Of a stretch of 64,000 nt of DNA, positions 41,860 through 54,780 are shown piece by piece; within the stretch, counting starts at the first letter, position 1; the number at the start of each line of letters is the position of its first letter. Where the stretch lies: the NCBI RefSeq assembly GCF_963921235.1, contig NC_086097.1:245770001-245834000 (forward strand), read 5' to 3'. Both the position numbers and the translations under genes were made by a program. The notes under the pieces are model-generated. The model worked only from the letters and a program-made list of their open reading frames with translations. It was not told the origin of the DNA and did no database searches. This stretch comes from Mobula hypostoma. Lineage: Eukaryota.

Positions 41860-42300
41860 ATTCAAGTCAGAATAACTGATGCCAAGATTTGCTGGTCCGC
41901 AAATCAAACAGGTCATCGACGACAGGCAATTCAAAGAACTTCTAGTGAAACCGGAGAAAATCACATAGAAGGCATTCAAGGATGTTGTAGAAAATTTTCT
42001 TGGTAACTACAAGAGCACCAAACTACGTGCAGCTGGTTGACAAAGTGCTTCAAGCATAAAAAACCCTGAAGTTGAACAAGCCACTGAAGATTCATTTTCT
42101 GCATTCCCATTTAGACTTCTTCCCTGCAAACTTTGACGCTGTCAGTGACAAGCAAAGTAAAAGGTTTCACCAGGACATTGTGGTCATAGAGAAATGATAT
42201 CAGGGAAAATGGCATCATAGAGAAATGGAATCCATCAGTGCTGGCTGATTATTGTTGGACACTTAAGTGAGAAGCCTCAGACACTGAGTACAAACAAAAT
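41860..42300 (+). mobile_element. Chapaev3-like (CMC) DNA transposase C-terminal remnant
   Basis: Frameshifted GPQIKQV..KAFKDVVENFLGNY..LKIHFLHSHLDFFPANFDAVSDKQSKRFHQDI..EK*YQGKW. Family assigned from recall of the motif. Confidence 0.6.
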
Positions 42301-43883
42301 CATCAACAAAACATTTTCAGCTTGGTTGAACTATTGCTCACCATCAGCACCCGTTATGCAATTAAACACATTATATTCAATGAAAGTTAAATTCTTGTGT
42401 CTCCAGATTTCTTAGTGGTGCCACTAGTATGATATTATATTTGTGTTCAGCTTCAAAGGATCGATCATAAACAAAGAAAACTTCAAGGAAGCAACACTTT
42501 CAAAAACATTTGTTTTCTGGTATAAGTTGATACATAAACTACGAGACAGAAGTTGGAAGTAAATACTGTTTAAATTAGAATCTGATTTGATGTCGCCTAG
42601 ATAGAGTAGGCAACTGTTTCTCTTTATTATTTTCCTGGTAGAGATTTTTAGTGAACACTATCAGTCATTATTCTCTAGGCAGTAATGCATCACCTGACTG
42701 AGTAGACGTTATTGCCCAAATTCACTGATCTTATTTCCGGCCATCGTTGTGCTAGTAGAGCGACAAAGAAAATCTGCTGTGACTTGTAATCACAGAGCTG
42801 CCTTCACTGTAGGTTATTACTGTGAACACAGTAGCGTAGTGGTTAGCATAGTGACCAGGTTGAATTTCCGACCTGCCTGTAAGAGACGTTTGTACGTTCT
42901 GTCCGTGACCATGTGGGTTTCCTCCCACAGTCCAAAGACATACCTGTTGGTACGTTAATTGGTCATTGTCAACTGTCCCGTAATTAGCTTAGGGTTAAAT
43001 CGGGGCTTGCTGGGCAATGTGGCTCAAAGAGATACTGCACTGTATCTCAATAAATTTTTAAATATCTTAAAAACACTGTATTTAATCAAAACTTTCCCTT
43101 TTTATAGCATTCCTGGTTTAGTTTTCCTCTATATCTTCTTCCTTTCAACTCAACATCTTCCACTAAGCTAACTGTTAGTGCAGAGTCCTATGTTGTCTCA
43201 GAGTCACAGAACACTACAGCACAAAATCAGGCCCTTTGGCCCATCTAGTCCATATGAAACTATTACTCTGCTGAGTCCTGCACCTCGGACCATAGCCCTC
43301 CACATTCAAATTTATCTTCCACACTCACACCACCCTCTGAGTGAAGAAGATCCCCCCATGTTCCCCTTAAACATTTCACCTTTAACCCTAAACCCATGAC
43401 TTCGAATTGTAGTCTGCTTGCATTTACCTGTCGTAATACCGGATACCTTTATCAATTCCCCCATTGTTATCCTACATTGCAGGGAATGAAATCCTAACCT
43501 ATTCAACCTTTCCCTATAACTCAGGTCCTCTAGTCCTGGCAACCTTTCAATTGATCTTTCAGCCTGCTACTATAGTTCTCTTGGTGCCACAAGATATCAT
43601 TTTAATGCCATTTTAGCTGTGCTTGTTCTCATGTTCCCTTTTCAAGTTTCAGTTATGGTTGTCGGTCATAGTTATCTGGTTGTCATTTGAATGAGGATAT
43701 CAGGTGTGGTAATTATATGCTTAGTGCAATCATTAAGACTATCAAAGTGCATTCCTAAAATTAAGTCAAGAATAAAAGGTAAAAGGTTTTTCAAGGGTTC
43801 ATATTTCCTACCAACACTGCCATTTGGTAATATTATAAAAATAATAGATCTTTTTTCCTCTTGGCTGTGTCTATTAGCTCTAT

Positions 43884-45108
43884 ACTCAGTGGCCATTTTA
43901 TTAGGTACACCTGTACACCTGCTTGTTAATGCAAATATCTAATCAGCCAAACATGTAGCAGCAACTCAGTGCATAAAAGCACGCGGACGTGGTCAAGAGG
44001 TTCAGTTGTTGTTCCGAACAAACATCAGCATGAGGAAGAAATGAGATCTAAGTGACTTTGACCGTGAAATGATTGTTGGTGCCAGACGGGGTGGTTTGAG
44101 TATCTCAGAAACTGTACACCTCCTGAGATTTTCATGCACAACAATCTCGAGAGTTTACAGAGAATGGTGCGAAAACAAACAAAAAAATCCAGCGGGCGGC
44201 AGTTCTGTGGGTGAAAATGCGTTGTTGATGAGAGAAGTCAGAGGAGAACGGCCAGACTGGTTCAAGCTGACAGGAAGGCGACAGGAACTCAAATAACCAT
44301 GACCTGACTTGGTCCAACCAAGCAGAGTCCACTGCCAAGAAGGCCCACCAGCGCCTTTACTTCCTGAGAAAGCTAAAGAAATTCGGCCTGTCCCCTAAAA
44401 CCCTCACTAATTTTTATAAATGCACCGTAGAAAGCATTCTTCTAGGGTGCATCACAACCTGGTACGGAAGTTGTCCCGTCCAAGACCGGAAGAAACTGCA
44501 GAAGATCGTGAACACAGCCCAGCACATCACACAAACCAATCTTCCGTCCTTGGACTCACTTTACACCGCACGCTGTCGGAGCAGTGCTGCCAGGATAATC
44601 AAGGACACGACCCACCCAGCCAACACACTTTTCGTCCCTCTTCCCTCCGGGAGAAGGCTCAGGAGCTTGAAGACTCGTATGGCCAGACTTGGGAACAACT
44701 TCTTTCCAACTGTGATAAGACTGCTGAACGGATCCTGACCCGGATCTGGGCCGTACCCTCCAAATATCCGGACCTGCCTCTCGGTTTTTTGCACTACCTT
44801 ACTTTTCCTTTTCTATTTTCTATTTATGATTTATACTTTAAATTTTTAATATTTACCATCAATTTGTGCTGCAGGGAGCGGGAAGCGCAGAATCAAATAT
44901 CGCTGTGATGATTGTACGTTCTACTATCAATTGTTTGGCGACAATAAAGTATAAAGTATTATAACAGTGATGTGCAGAAGAGCATCTCTGAATGTACAAC
45001 ACGTTGAAGCTTGAAGTGGATGGGCTACAGCAGCAGAAGATCACAAACATACATTCAATTGCCACTTCAGTAGGTGCAAGATGTACCTAATAATGTGGCC
45101 ACTAAGTG
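43884..45108 (+). mobile_element. Tc1-derived element interrupted by a Rex1-like LINE
   Basis: TIRs at both ends and MIVGARRGGLSISETVHLLRFS. The body resumes after about 44957. Confidence 0.85.
44300..44957 (+). mobile_element. Rex1/Babar-like LINE 3' fragment
   Basis: DLTWS..KKAHQRLYFLRKLKKFGLSPKTLTNFYKCTVESIL..LPSGRRLRS..FFPTVIRLLN with a (taaagta)n tail. Confidence 0.85.
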
Positions 45109-47889
45109 TAGATTGGGACTGAAGCAGTGAGTTTCTTGTTCTGAATGAGCGACTCTCTCTTTGTTGATAACAACAAAATAGACTTTCAATCACTGTTCCA
45201 TATTTATTCACTTGTGGTTTCACTGGAAGCAGTTATTTTATTGTCGCATCTTCCCGAGATGAGTGATAAAAATCCCATTTAAATGAGTGGCAAATTTGCA
45301 TTACATCGCGTAAGAGGGTCTTGGTCACTCAAGGGTCATTCAGTGATGGTTACTGTACGGCTACGGATTTCCATTTTAGTCCGGGAGTGACATTGCTGTC
45401 TTGCAGAATATTTATGAAAACAATGCATCTACATGTACAAGTGCCGTGCCCTACAGAACGACTGAGATCCTATATTCAGCAGCAGAAGATAAAAGTTGTC
45501 ATTCGAAAATGAAAGCCAGTTCTTCCTCCTTGTGTTCGGGCAAGATAAACTGCAGCAGAGTTTGAGCGCCGTTTCTGCTTTGCTCCTGGCTGGGACGTTA
45601 ATTGGTATAATGCAGATTTTTTTTTGATCAGCGCGGATTATTCCGGTTATCTTTCCTCAGTATCGTAGTTTGTGATGAGAAAGCCTTTGGTGAAACACTG
45701 ATGTCGTGTTTCCAAGTAAAGCAGTGTAGCGATTGACATCTGAAAGAAAGGGTCTGATTTACCAGCATTTAATTGATAACATTGAGGGGTAAGTAATAAT
45801 CCAGGCCAAAATGATTTGTGAAATTGCTTAAAACGCAGTCTCTTTGTGACTACATTATTTAAACCTATTCAGGCAACTGGAGAGTCTTTGTTCATCTTCT
45901 GAGATACTTGGGGTATTTTGACTGTTAAATCTATCACATGCTTATAGAGTGGTTAGGAGATAAACTGGTAGGGTAGAGATTAATAACCAGTCGCACTTTC
46001 ATCAGTACCTGCTTGTCGATTTTCTGGGACTGGGCTGTCTGTTCAGTATGAAAATTATTGATTAAATAAAACTTGTTATTAGGCCAGGGTGTGATCCATA
46101 ATCACAAACAGAGTGGACATCCTTCTTCCCAAGCGAGACTCGTGCATCAAAACCTTCCTCAATATTTCATGTCAACTGTTCTATTCACTTTGCGTAGACT
46201 CTGGGCTGGATTTATTAAGTATGCCCGCAAGAAAATGAATCTCGGAGTTGTATATGGTGACAGATGAGAACTTTGATGATAAATTTACTTTGCTCAGACA
46301 GAAATGCGCCATCTGATTCTGTCTGCGTAGGTTTTGTTCTCTCTAAAAAGATTCGAAGTACATTTATTATCAAAATATGTATACAGAATACAACTCTGAG
46401 ATTCATGCTCCCACAGGCAGTCACAAAACAGAGAAACACCATGGAACCCATTCAAGAAAACATTGAACACCCAACACGCAAAAAAAAGATCAAATTGTGC
46501 AATCTGCTAAAAGTGAGCGAACAATGCATAGAATAACAAACATCAAACCAGTAGTATTCAGTTCAGTTCAACAGCGCACTGCCAGCCAATGCAGGGCGAA
46601 AGGCTATTTTCCGCCGTAGCGCCCCAGTCCGTATTGATCACCCCGATCGTACCGCTGAGAAACTGCAAAAAAAAAAGAGTAACCAGAATACAGGAACACA
46701 TGCAACAGTGAACCTCAAAGTCCCCGAAAACGAGCCCACAGCCATGCCGGTCAATCCCGGCAGTGTGGATCCCAAAGCTCCTGTACTTCCGTCTGACAGC
46801 AGCTCGCAAGAGTGAGAGGAAGACTGGTCCCACCTCAGTGAACGCTGTGCTAAGGTTGCCAGCAAGTCTTCCTTACTCCACCAGGCAAGACGTGGATCTA
46901 TCGCACAGGAGGAGGAGAAGATGGAGGCGCGACGTAGCACGCGCAGCCACTCAGGTGAATGATATCTGTTATCTGTCAAGTAGGGGACCGTGCACAATTC
47001 TGATTTGATGGAGACGGACGTGAGAGTACGGAGGAACGTCTGGAGAAACTTCTGAAATGCCCGCTTCACTGCCGCTGTGGTAACCGGAATCTCCGGAGCA
47101 GAAGGCCCCGAATCCTCGGCTTTGCTTGTTTCAGCGGCCGGGGTTAGGTCGAAGGCGCTCAGCAGAGGATGGCGCTCGGGAGGCTGTATCGGAGGGGCTG
47201 GCTGGAGGCTCGAAGTTTTCGGATGGACAGACTCAGTGTCAGCTGTGGTCGGGTGCTTCCAATGCATCGGCAGTTGTTGGTGCCTGGAGGTTTATGGCAG
47301 GGAGTTTCTCCCTTTTGCCACCTGCTATCGGGGACTTGGGAGTTGATCGGGACTTGAGACTTTTCTTTACCATGCCCATGGTTTGTTGTTTATCAAATTA
47401 TGGTATTGTTTTGCACTGCTGTAACTATAATTTATAATTATGTGGTTCTGTCAGTGTTAGTCTTTGGTTTGTCCTGTTTTTCTGTGATATCACTCTGGAG
47501 GAACATTGTATCATTTCTTAATGCATGTATGCATTTCTAAATGACAATACACGAGGACTGAGTGTTCTCATAATCTAATCTATCGTGGATCACTGTTCAT
47601 TTCAGGAAATCTGCGATGCTTTCTCCCTTTTCAATTTTGTTTTCGAATGCCTTTTCCTCAATTCATTACTGAGTTTTTGTTGATTAGGAACATTCATTCA
47701 AAGTCCAAAATAAATTTATAATCAAAGTACTTACATGACACCACATGCCATCTTTTTATTACAGGCATTCAGAGTAGAACAAGGAAATACAAATGAATCA
47801 ATGAACACAAAGACTGACAAACAATTAGTGTGCATGAAGACAAACTGCAATTTTAAAATAATAAATAAATAAATAATGCTGATAATGTG

Positions 47890-49380
47890 ACACACAAAAT
47901 GCTGAAGGAACTCAGCAGGTCAGGCAGGATCTATGAAGAAGAATAAAGAGCTGACGTTTCAGGCCAGGCCCCTTCATTGGGACTGAAAATGAAGGAGGCA
48001 GAAGCCAGAATAAGAAGGTGGAGGAAGGGAATGGGTACCGGCTGGCAGGTCATAGGTGAGACCAGGTGAGGGGGAGGTTGAGTGGGTGGGGGAGGAGTTT
48101 GAACCTAGAAGGTGACAGGTGGAAAAGGTAATGGTCAGAAGAAGAAGCAATCTGATAGGAGAGAAGAGTGGACCATGGGAGAAAGGGAAGGAGGAGGGAC
48201 ACCGGAGGGAGGCGATGGGCAGGTGAGGAGAAGGGAAGGGATGAAAGTGGAGCCAGAATAGGAGATAGAAAAAGTGAGAAAGGGGAGAGGAGCGAAATGA
48301 TCAGAAGTTAAAGAAATCAGTGTTCATCCCATCAGGTTGGAGGCTACCCAGACAGACTATGAGCTGCACAAGATATACTGCAGATGATGAAACTCCAACT
48401 CCAAAGCAGCACACACAAAATGCTGACAGAGCTCAGCAGGCCAGGCAGGACCTGTGGAAAGGAATAAACAATCAATGTTTCGGGCTGAGACCCTTCATCA
48501 GGACTGGAAAGAAAGGGAGAAGAAACCAGAATTAAAAGGTGGGGGGTGGGGAAGGAGGACAAGGTAGAACAGGTGAAGCCAGGTAGGTGGGAAGTGGGAT
48601 GAAGTAAGAAGCTGGGAGGTGATAGGTGGAAAAGGTAAAGGGCTGAAGAAGAAGGAATCTGATAGGAGAGGAGAGTGGAAGGTGAAGAGAAGAGGTAAGA
48701 GGGGGCCAGAGTGGGGAATTGAAGAAGTAAGAGGAAGGAGGAAATTTGCTGGAAGTTGGAGAAATCGATATTCATGCCATCAGGTTGGAGGCTACAGAAT
48801 ATGAGCTTCTCCAGCCTGAGAGTGGCCTCATCGTGGGCATTAGAGAAGGTCATGGACCGACATGTCAGAATGGGAATGGAGTTTGGAATTAAAATAGCTG
48901 GTCACCAGGAAATCCTGCTTTTTGCAGATGGAGTGGAGGTGCTCAACAAAGTGGTCCCAAATCTACGTCGGGTCCCACTAATATTGAGGAGGATACGTTG
49001 GGAGCACCAGATACAGTAGACAGTTTCATCAGACTCGCAGATGAAGTGTTGCCTCACCTGGAAGGACTCTTTGGGGGCCTGAATGGAGGTGAAAGGGCAG
49101 GTGTGGTACTTTTTCCACTTGCAGGGTTAAATATTCGGAGGGAGATTAGTGGGGAGGGACAAATGGAGAAGGAATCACAGAGAGAGGGAGTGATCCCTGC
49201 AGAAAGCAGAGTGTGGTTGGGGGGGAGGGGGGTTAAAGATGTGTTTGGTGGTAGGATTCTGTTGAAGGTGGTGGAAGTTGTGGAGAGTGATGCACTAGAT
49301 GCAGAGTCTTGAGGGGCGAGGGCAGAAGTCTGGGAAACGGAGTTGATGCGGGTGAGGGCAGCATCAATGTTGGAGAATTC
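47890..49380 (-). mobile_element. Penelope element fragment with tandem pLTRs
   Basis: Two pLTRs (about 47890-48360 and 48405-48800), each with a hammerhead-like motif. GIY-YIG/RT remnant extends to about 49380. Confidence 0.8.
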
Positions 49381-49456
49381 CACTCCCCTTTCCCTCTTCC
49401 GCAATTTTCTTTAATTCTTTGACAGATTTTTTTCCTCTTGGCTGTGTTGATTAACT

Positions 49457-49982
49457 ACTCTCAGTGTTCACTTTATTAGGTACACCTGTACACCTGCTCG
49501 CATCTAATCAGCCAATCATGTGGCAGCAACTCAATGCATAAAAGCATGCAGACATGGTCAAGAGGTTCAGTTGTTGTTCAGACCAAACATCAGAATGGAG
49601 AAGAAATGTGATCTAAGTGACTTTGACCGTGGAATGATTGTTGGTGCCAGACAGGGTGGTTTGAGTATCTCAGAAACTGCTGATGTCCTGGGATTTTCAT
49701 GCACACAGTCTCTAGAGTTCACAGAGAATGGTGTGAAAAGTAAAGAGTATTTCCGTGGGCAAAATGGTTTGTTGGTGAGAGGGGTCAGAGGAGAATGACC
49801 AGACTGGTTCTAACTCACAGGAAGGGAGCAGTAACTCAGACAGCCATGTGTTACAACACTGGTGTGCAAGGGAGCATCTTGAACCTTGAAATGGATGGGC
49901 TATAGCAGCAGAAGACCACAAATGTACACTCAGTGGCCAATTTATCAGGTGTATGAGGTTCCTGATAAAGTGGCCACTGGGT
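49457..49982 (+). mobile_element. Tc1-derived element
   Basis: MEKKCDLSDFDRGMIVGARQGGLSISETADVLGFS plus TIRs. Confidence 0.85.
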
Positions 49983-50075
49983 TTATGCATACCTTAATAA
50001 TAAATTTACTTTGAACTTTGAACTATCTGTTATCAACTTACTTAATATTTAAAAATCTCTGCTTCAATTCTAATA

Positions 50076-50850
50076 CAGTGGATTCTGATTAATTGTGCCT
50101 ATTTGGGCCAACTGTAAAAGAAGAAAAACTAATTGTGAAAATATCCAGGATTTCTTTCATTTATTTGAGATACTATGCCACTGAATTAGAGCAGTCACGT
50201 GCACTTGTGTGGCTGTTAGACACTACATCGTGCTTAGAGTGAACAGTTTTAAATAGCGTGGTTCCATGTGTTTGTGTTCAAATAGCAGTGACCTTCGTCA
50301 CTGATAGTTGGCGAGAAGTAAGCATGAAGGCAACTCCAAACTGTTTTGCTCACTGCGGTTTCAAGCATTCAGGCTTGGAGATGCCAGAAACGGCTGGGAG
50401 TGAGAATGAAATGATTTCTCTATTTCAACAAGTTAGGAACTATGAAGAATTTGAAGGTATTGACAATCATCTTGAATGAAAATGAAGATCTGGAGGATGC
50501 AATCGTCGAAAGCATTGTCTGAAGACGGTCCATTTATCTACACTAAGTGTTTGTGTTGATTTTGTTTATTTACAGTTAATCAAAAGAACACTATACACTG
50601 GATTAATTATTCCTCTGTCAATGACTGTTAAGAACTAATATACAGCTTTATAGCATTGTAGTAGTATTGATAGTGTTTTAATTTCTCCTGTATTTCATTT
50701 AAGTACATAATTTGTTACTCATTTTAACTGTAGTTTGACTTCTTTATACCTTTTTAACTATTTCCATAAATCTTCGGCTAATTGGGGCAGCCGCTTAATT
50801 GAGCCACAATGTACTAGTCCCGATGTGTCCCAATTAACCGGAATCCACTG
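50076..50850 (+). mobile_element. pogo/Tigger-like non-autonomous DNA transposon
   Basis: TA-cagtggattc...ggaatccactg-TA ends. Remnant DSWREVS..NCFAHCGF resembles the pogo DDE C-terminus. Confidence 0.75.
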
Positions 50851-52116
50851 TAATTCGGTTGTGTGCATGCACCTTTGCTGACTGGCGCCTAATAAATCTG
50901 CAGTTTGTTTAATTTCTTCCTTCTTACAAGGACTGCACTGTTGAATAAACCTGTAATTTTGATTCTTTCCTGAATTGCTATGGAAACAGTGTTTAAAAAA
51001 TCTTCAGACTGGCAGTTTCCTGGCTGCCTCAATTCGGCTGCCAACTCATCTTGGTTTTCGTTCTGAAGTTGTAAAAATGATGTTTGTTTCATGGAGCTTC
51101 AGTGATGAGAAAACTGGTCAAAGCATTCATGCTGTTGAAAGAAATTGTTATTTATGGCATGTGACCAATGAAACTGTAGTTGTTTCCATGCACTTGATTT
51201 AAGGAGATCACGGGGCTCAGATTTATACAAACACAGTGAAACTGTACACTTGGGACCGAGGATTAAAAATAACTGTGGATTTCCTTAGTGTTTTGCCCAT
51301 TCATTGACGTACAAAAGGGCCGGCAGAAAACTAGAACTGCAAGGCACAGAAAGAGAACTGTGACTGTTCTTTTAAACAGCTCACCACTGATTCAGCTTTC
51401 TCGTGAGCACCCCTGCAAACTTCTCTACTATTACTATACCTAACAAAACTAGTCTTCAACCTGTATCCACACCTTCATGAAAAGCTGTTGCAGGAAAGCA
51501 GCATCCGTCATCAGGGACCCCCACCAACACAGGCCGTGCTCTCTTCTTGCTGCTGCCATCAGGAAGGTCCAGGAGCCTCAGGACTCACTACCCACCAGGT
51601 TCAAGAACAGTTTGTACCCCTCAACCATCAGGCCCTTGAACCAAAGGGGACAACTGCACTCAACTTCACTCGCCCCATCATTGAAACGTTCCCACAATCA
51701 ATAGACTCACTTTCAAGGACTCTTCATCTCATGTTCTTGATATTTATGGTTTATTTATTTATTATTATTATTCCTTTCTTTTTGTATTTGCACAGCTTGT
51801 TGTCTTCTGCAGGCGGGTTGAACGCTCAAGTTGGTTATTATGGTTATTATTCTATAACCATGTTTATTATTCTATAGACTTAATGAGTATGCCCACAAGA
51901 AAATGAAACTCAGGATTGTAAATGGTGACATATATGTACTTTGAACTTTCTTTTGTACAGTGTCTATCTGGTCATCGCTTGCTGCATACAAAGAACTTCT
52001 CCTCTCAAATTCTTTAATAAGTTAAAAGTGAATTTATTATCAAAGTATGCATATGTCACCATATTCTACCCTGAGAATCATTTTCTTGCAGGGATTTACG
52101 GGAAAATAAAGAAATA

Positions 52117-52510
52117 CACTCAGTGGCCACAGTTTTAGGCACCTCCTGTACCTAATAAAGTGGCCACTGAGTGTACCTGTTTGTGGTCTTCTGCTGCTGT
52201 AGCCCATCCACTTCAAAGTTCGACGTGGTGTGCATTCAGAGCTGCTCCTCTGCTCACCACTGTTGTAACGTGTGGTTATTTGAGTTAACGTCAGCCTGAA
52301 CTAGTCTGGCCATTCTCTTCTGACCTCTCTCATTAACAAGGTGTTTTTGCCCACAGAACTGTTGTTCATGAAAACCCCAGAAGGTCAGCAGTTTCTGAGA
52401 TACTCAAACCACCCCATCTGGCACCAACAATCATTCCACAGTCAAAAACCCCAGTTCTTCCCCATTCTTATGTTTGGTCTGAACAGCAGCTGAACGTCTT
52501 GACCACGTTT
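52117..52510 (-). mobile_element. Tc1-derived element, truncated
   Basis: TIR plus minus-strand body. Confidence 0.75.
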
Positions 52511-52833
52511 GCAAACCATGGAAAACTGTGCATAAACAAAGACTGACAAACAACCAACGTGCGAAAAAAAGACTGAATGAATAAAGCAAGTAATACAGAG
52601 AACGTGAGTGAAAGTGACTGTCGGTAGCAGAATCTGGAGATGATTTGGTGGAGGTCTACAAGCTGTTGAGAGACCCAGATGGAGAGGCTAGCTAAAGACC
52701 TTTTCCCAAGGTAGAAATGGCAAACATGTTGGGACATAATTTTAAGGTGTTTGGAGGAAAGTATAGATGGGATGTCAGAGGAAGGTTTTTTACACAGAGG
52801 GTGTGGGAGTGGTGGTAGAGGGAGATCCATTAG

Positions 52834-53371
52834 CAGATATCCCACCTCTCCCGGAAGTTCCAGGAGTCTCCCGCATATTAATAGTGGCTCCCTGATGCCC
52901 ACAAATTATATACAATATCCTGGAAATAAATTTTTTTGAGAGCGTGAGAGAGCGAGAGAGCACGTGAGAGAGAACGAGCGCGAGAGCGACCACGAGAGAA
53001 GAGAGAGAGAGCGCCACCATGGCAGCGTGTTCCAAAAAAAGAAAATATAAAATGTACGTCACCCCAGACTACCCTAAAGTGTACCCCTGCCTAATAGGGG
53101 TCAAAAATAATGACAGTGTTGCTCACTGCACTGTTTGCAACAGTGACTTTTCTATTGCCCATGGTGGGTTAAGACTGTAAAAGACATGTTGAGGTGAGTT
53201 TAACAGGTGTCATTCGTTCATTAGCATAGCTGACGTTATTTAAACTAGCCGGCTAGCTGCTAAGGAGCTACTCTATTTCAGACATCCCACCTCTCCCGGA
53301 AGTTCTGGGAGTGTCCCGCAAATTGTTGGTTCTACCTCCCTGAAATGAGTTTTTGCAGGTTGGGATGTCTG
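52834..53371 (+). mobile_element. Non-autonomous DNA transposon (hAT-like) with BED-finger-like remnant, nested in CR1
   Basis: TIRs cagatatcccacct / aggttgggatgtctg, 6 bp TSD cattag (52828-33, 53372-77), and internal AHCTVCNSDFSIAHGG..DCKRH. Confidence 0.7.
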
Positions 53372-54780
53372 CATTAGACTCTCAGATAGGCACGAAGATG
53401 AAAGAAAAATAGAGGGCTATGTAGAGGGGAAGGGTTAGATTCATTGTGAAGTAGATTTGAAGGTTGACACAACATTGTGGGCTGAAGGGTCTGTACTGTG
53501 CTGTGATGCTCCATGTTCTGTACTAGCTGTGTTAAAACGATTTCAAAATCATAATTAAAGATTCAAATGATTAAATATTATTCAAGATATGATTTCAAGC
53601 TAGACTAAATGTTTTATATTAAATTGGATACTTGTCGTTACAGGTGTTGTAAGTATCATGGCATTTTCATTGTCAAAATGTGATAGAATTGGATATTTTC
53701 ACTGACAGAAGTCGTGAAAGTTGTAGTGACAATTGAAGGTGAAATTTAATTTTCTTTGTGAACACAAGGAAATCTGCAGACGATGGAAATTCAAGCAACA
53801 CACATCAAAGTTGCTGGTGAACGCAGCAGGCCAGGCAGCATCTCTAGGAAGAGCTACATCCTGACGAAGGGTCTCGGCCCAAAACGTCCTCTGTACCTCT
53901 TCCTAGAGATGCTGCCTGGCCTGCTGCGTTCACCAGCAACTTTGATGTGTGTTATTTATTTTTCTTTCTTGCCCAGAACCCTACAACCCACAAGCAAATG
54001 AAGGGGCCTCAGATCTTACCTTATGATTCATCACCAGGTCGAACCTGGCGCACGACCTAATTTCCGATCACTCTGTTCAGACATTGGGCTGTAATAGCAA
54101 GGCCCTACTTCGCCACAGTGCTAGTGAACGGGCCTTAATTCCCCCTGCTGCGTTTGTACATTCTCCCCATGACTGCATGGGTTTCCTCCGGGTGCTCCAG
54201 TGTCCTCCCACAGTCCAGAGACGTACGGGTTTGTGGGTTAATTGGTCACATGGATGTAGCTGGGCTGCACGGGTTAGTCGGGCCAGAAAGGCCTGTTACC
54301 ATACTGTATCGTTGAATTTAAAAAAATTAAAAATCTTACACACCTCTATCAAATCTCCTCTCATCCTCCTTTGCTCCAAAGAGAAAAGCTCAACCATAAG
54401 ACATGCTCTCTAATCCAGGCATCGTCTCCTCTGCACCCTCTCTAAAACTTCCACATGCTTCCTATAATGAGGTGACCAGAACTGAGCATAATATTCCAAA
54501 TGTGGTCTATTACCTTGCGGCTCTTGAACTCAGTCCCCTGACTAATGAAGGCCAGCACACCATACACCTTTTAATCAATAATGGCCAATTAATTTGGGAT
54601 TTGCACACAGGAGTTCTGCTTGTTATGTAGGAAAATACCATGCAGGGCTGTTGGGAAAATAGGCACAGTCCAGACCAATCAGCTTGAATTTACAAAAGTG
54701 AAGCTAATCCGCCCTCTTCTGGTACAGCTCTGGTACTGCAGGTACTTCCAGTTTATTGTAATGTTGTAAAACCACGAAAG

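Noticed and set aside
46560..47582. GC-rich stretch with a 209 aa minus-strand ORF
   Set aside because: No recognisable domain. It ends in a (taatc)n tail like other retroposon 3' ends here, so it is probably an unclassified repeat. I could not assign a family.
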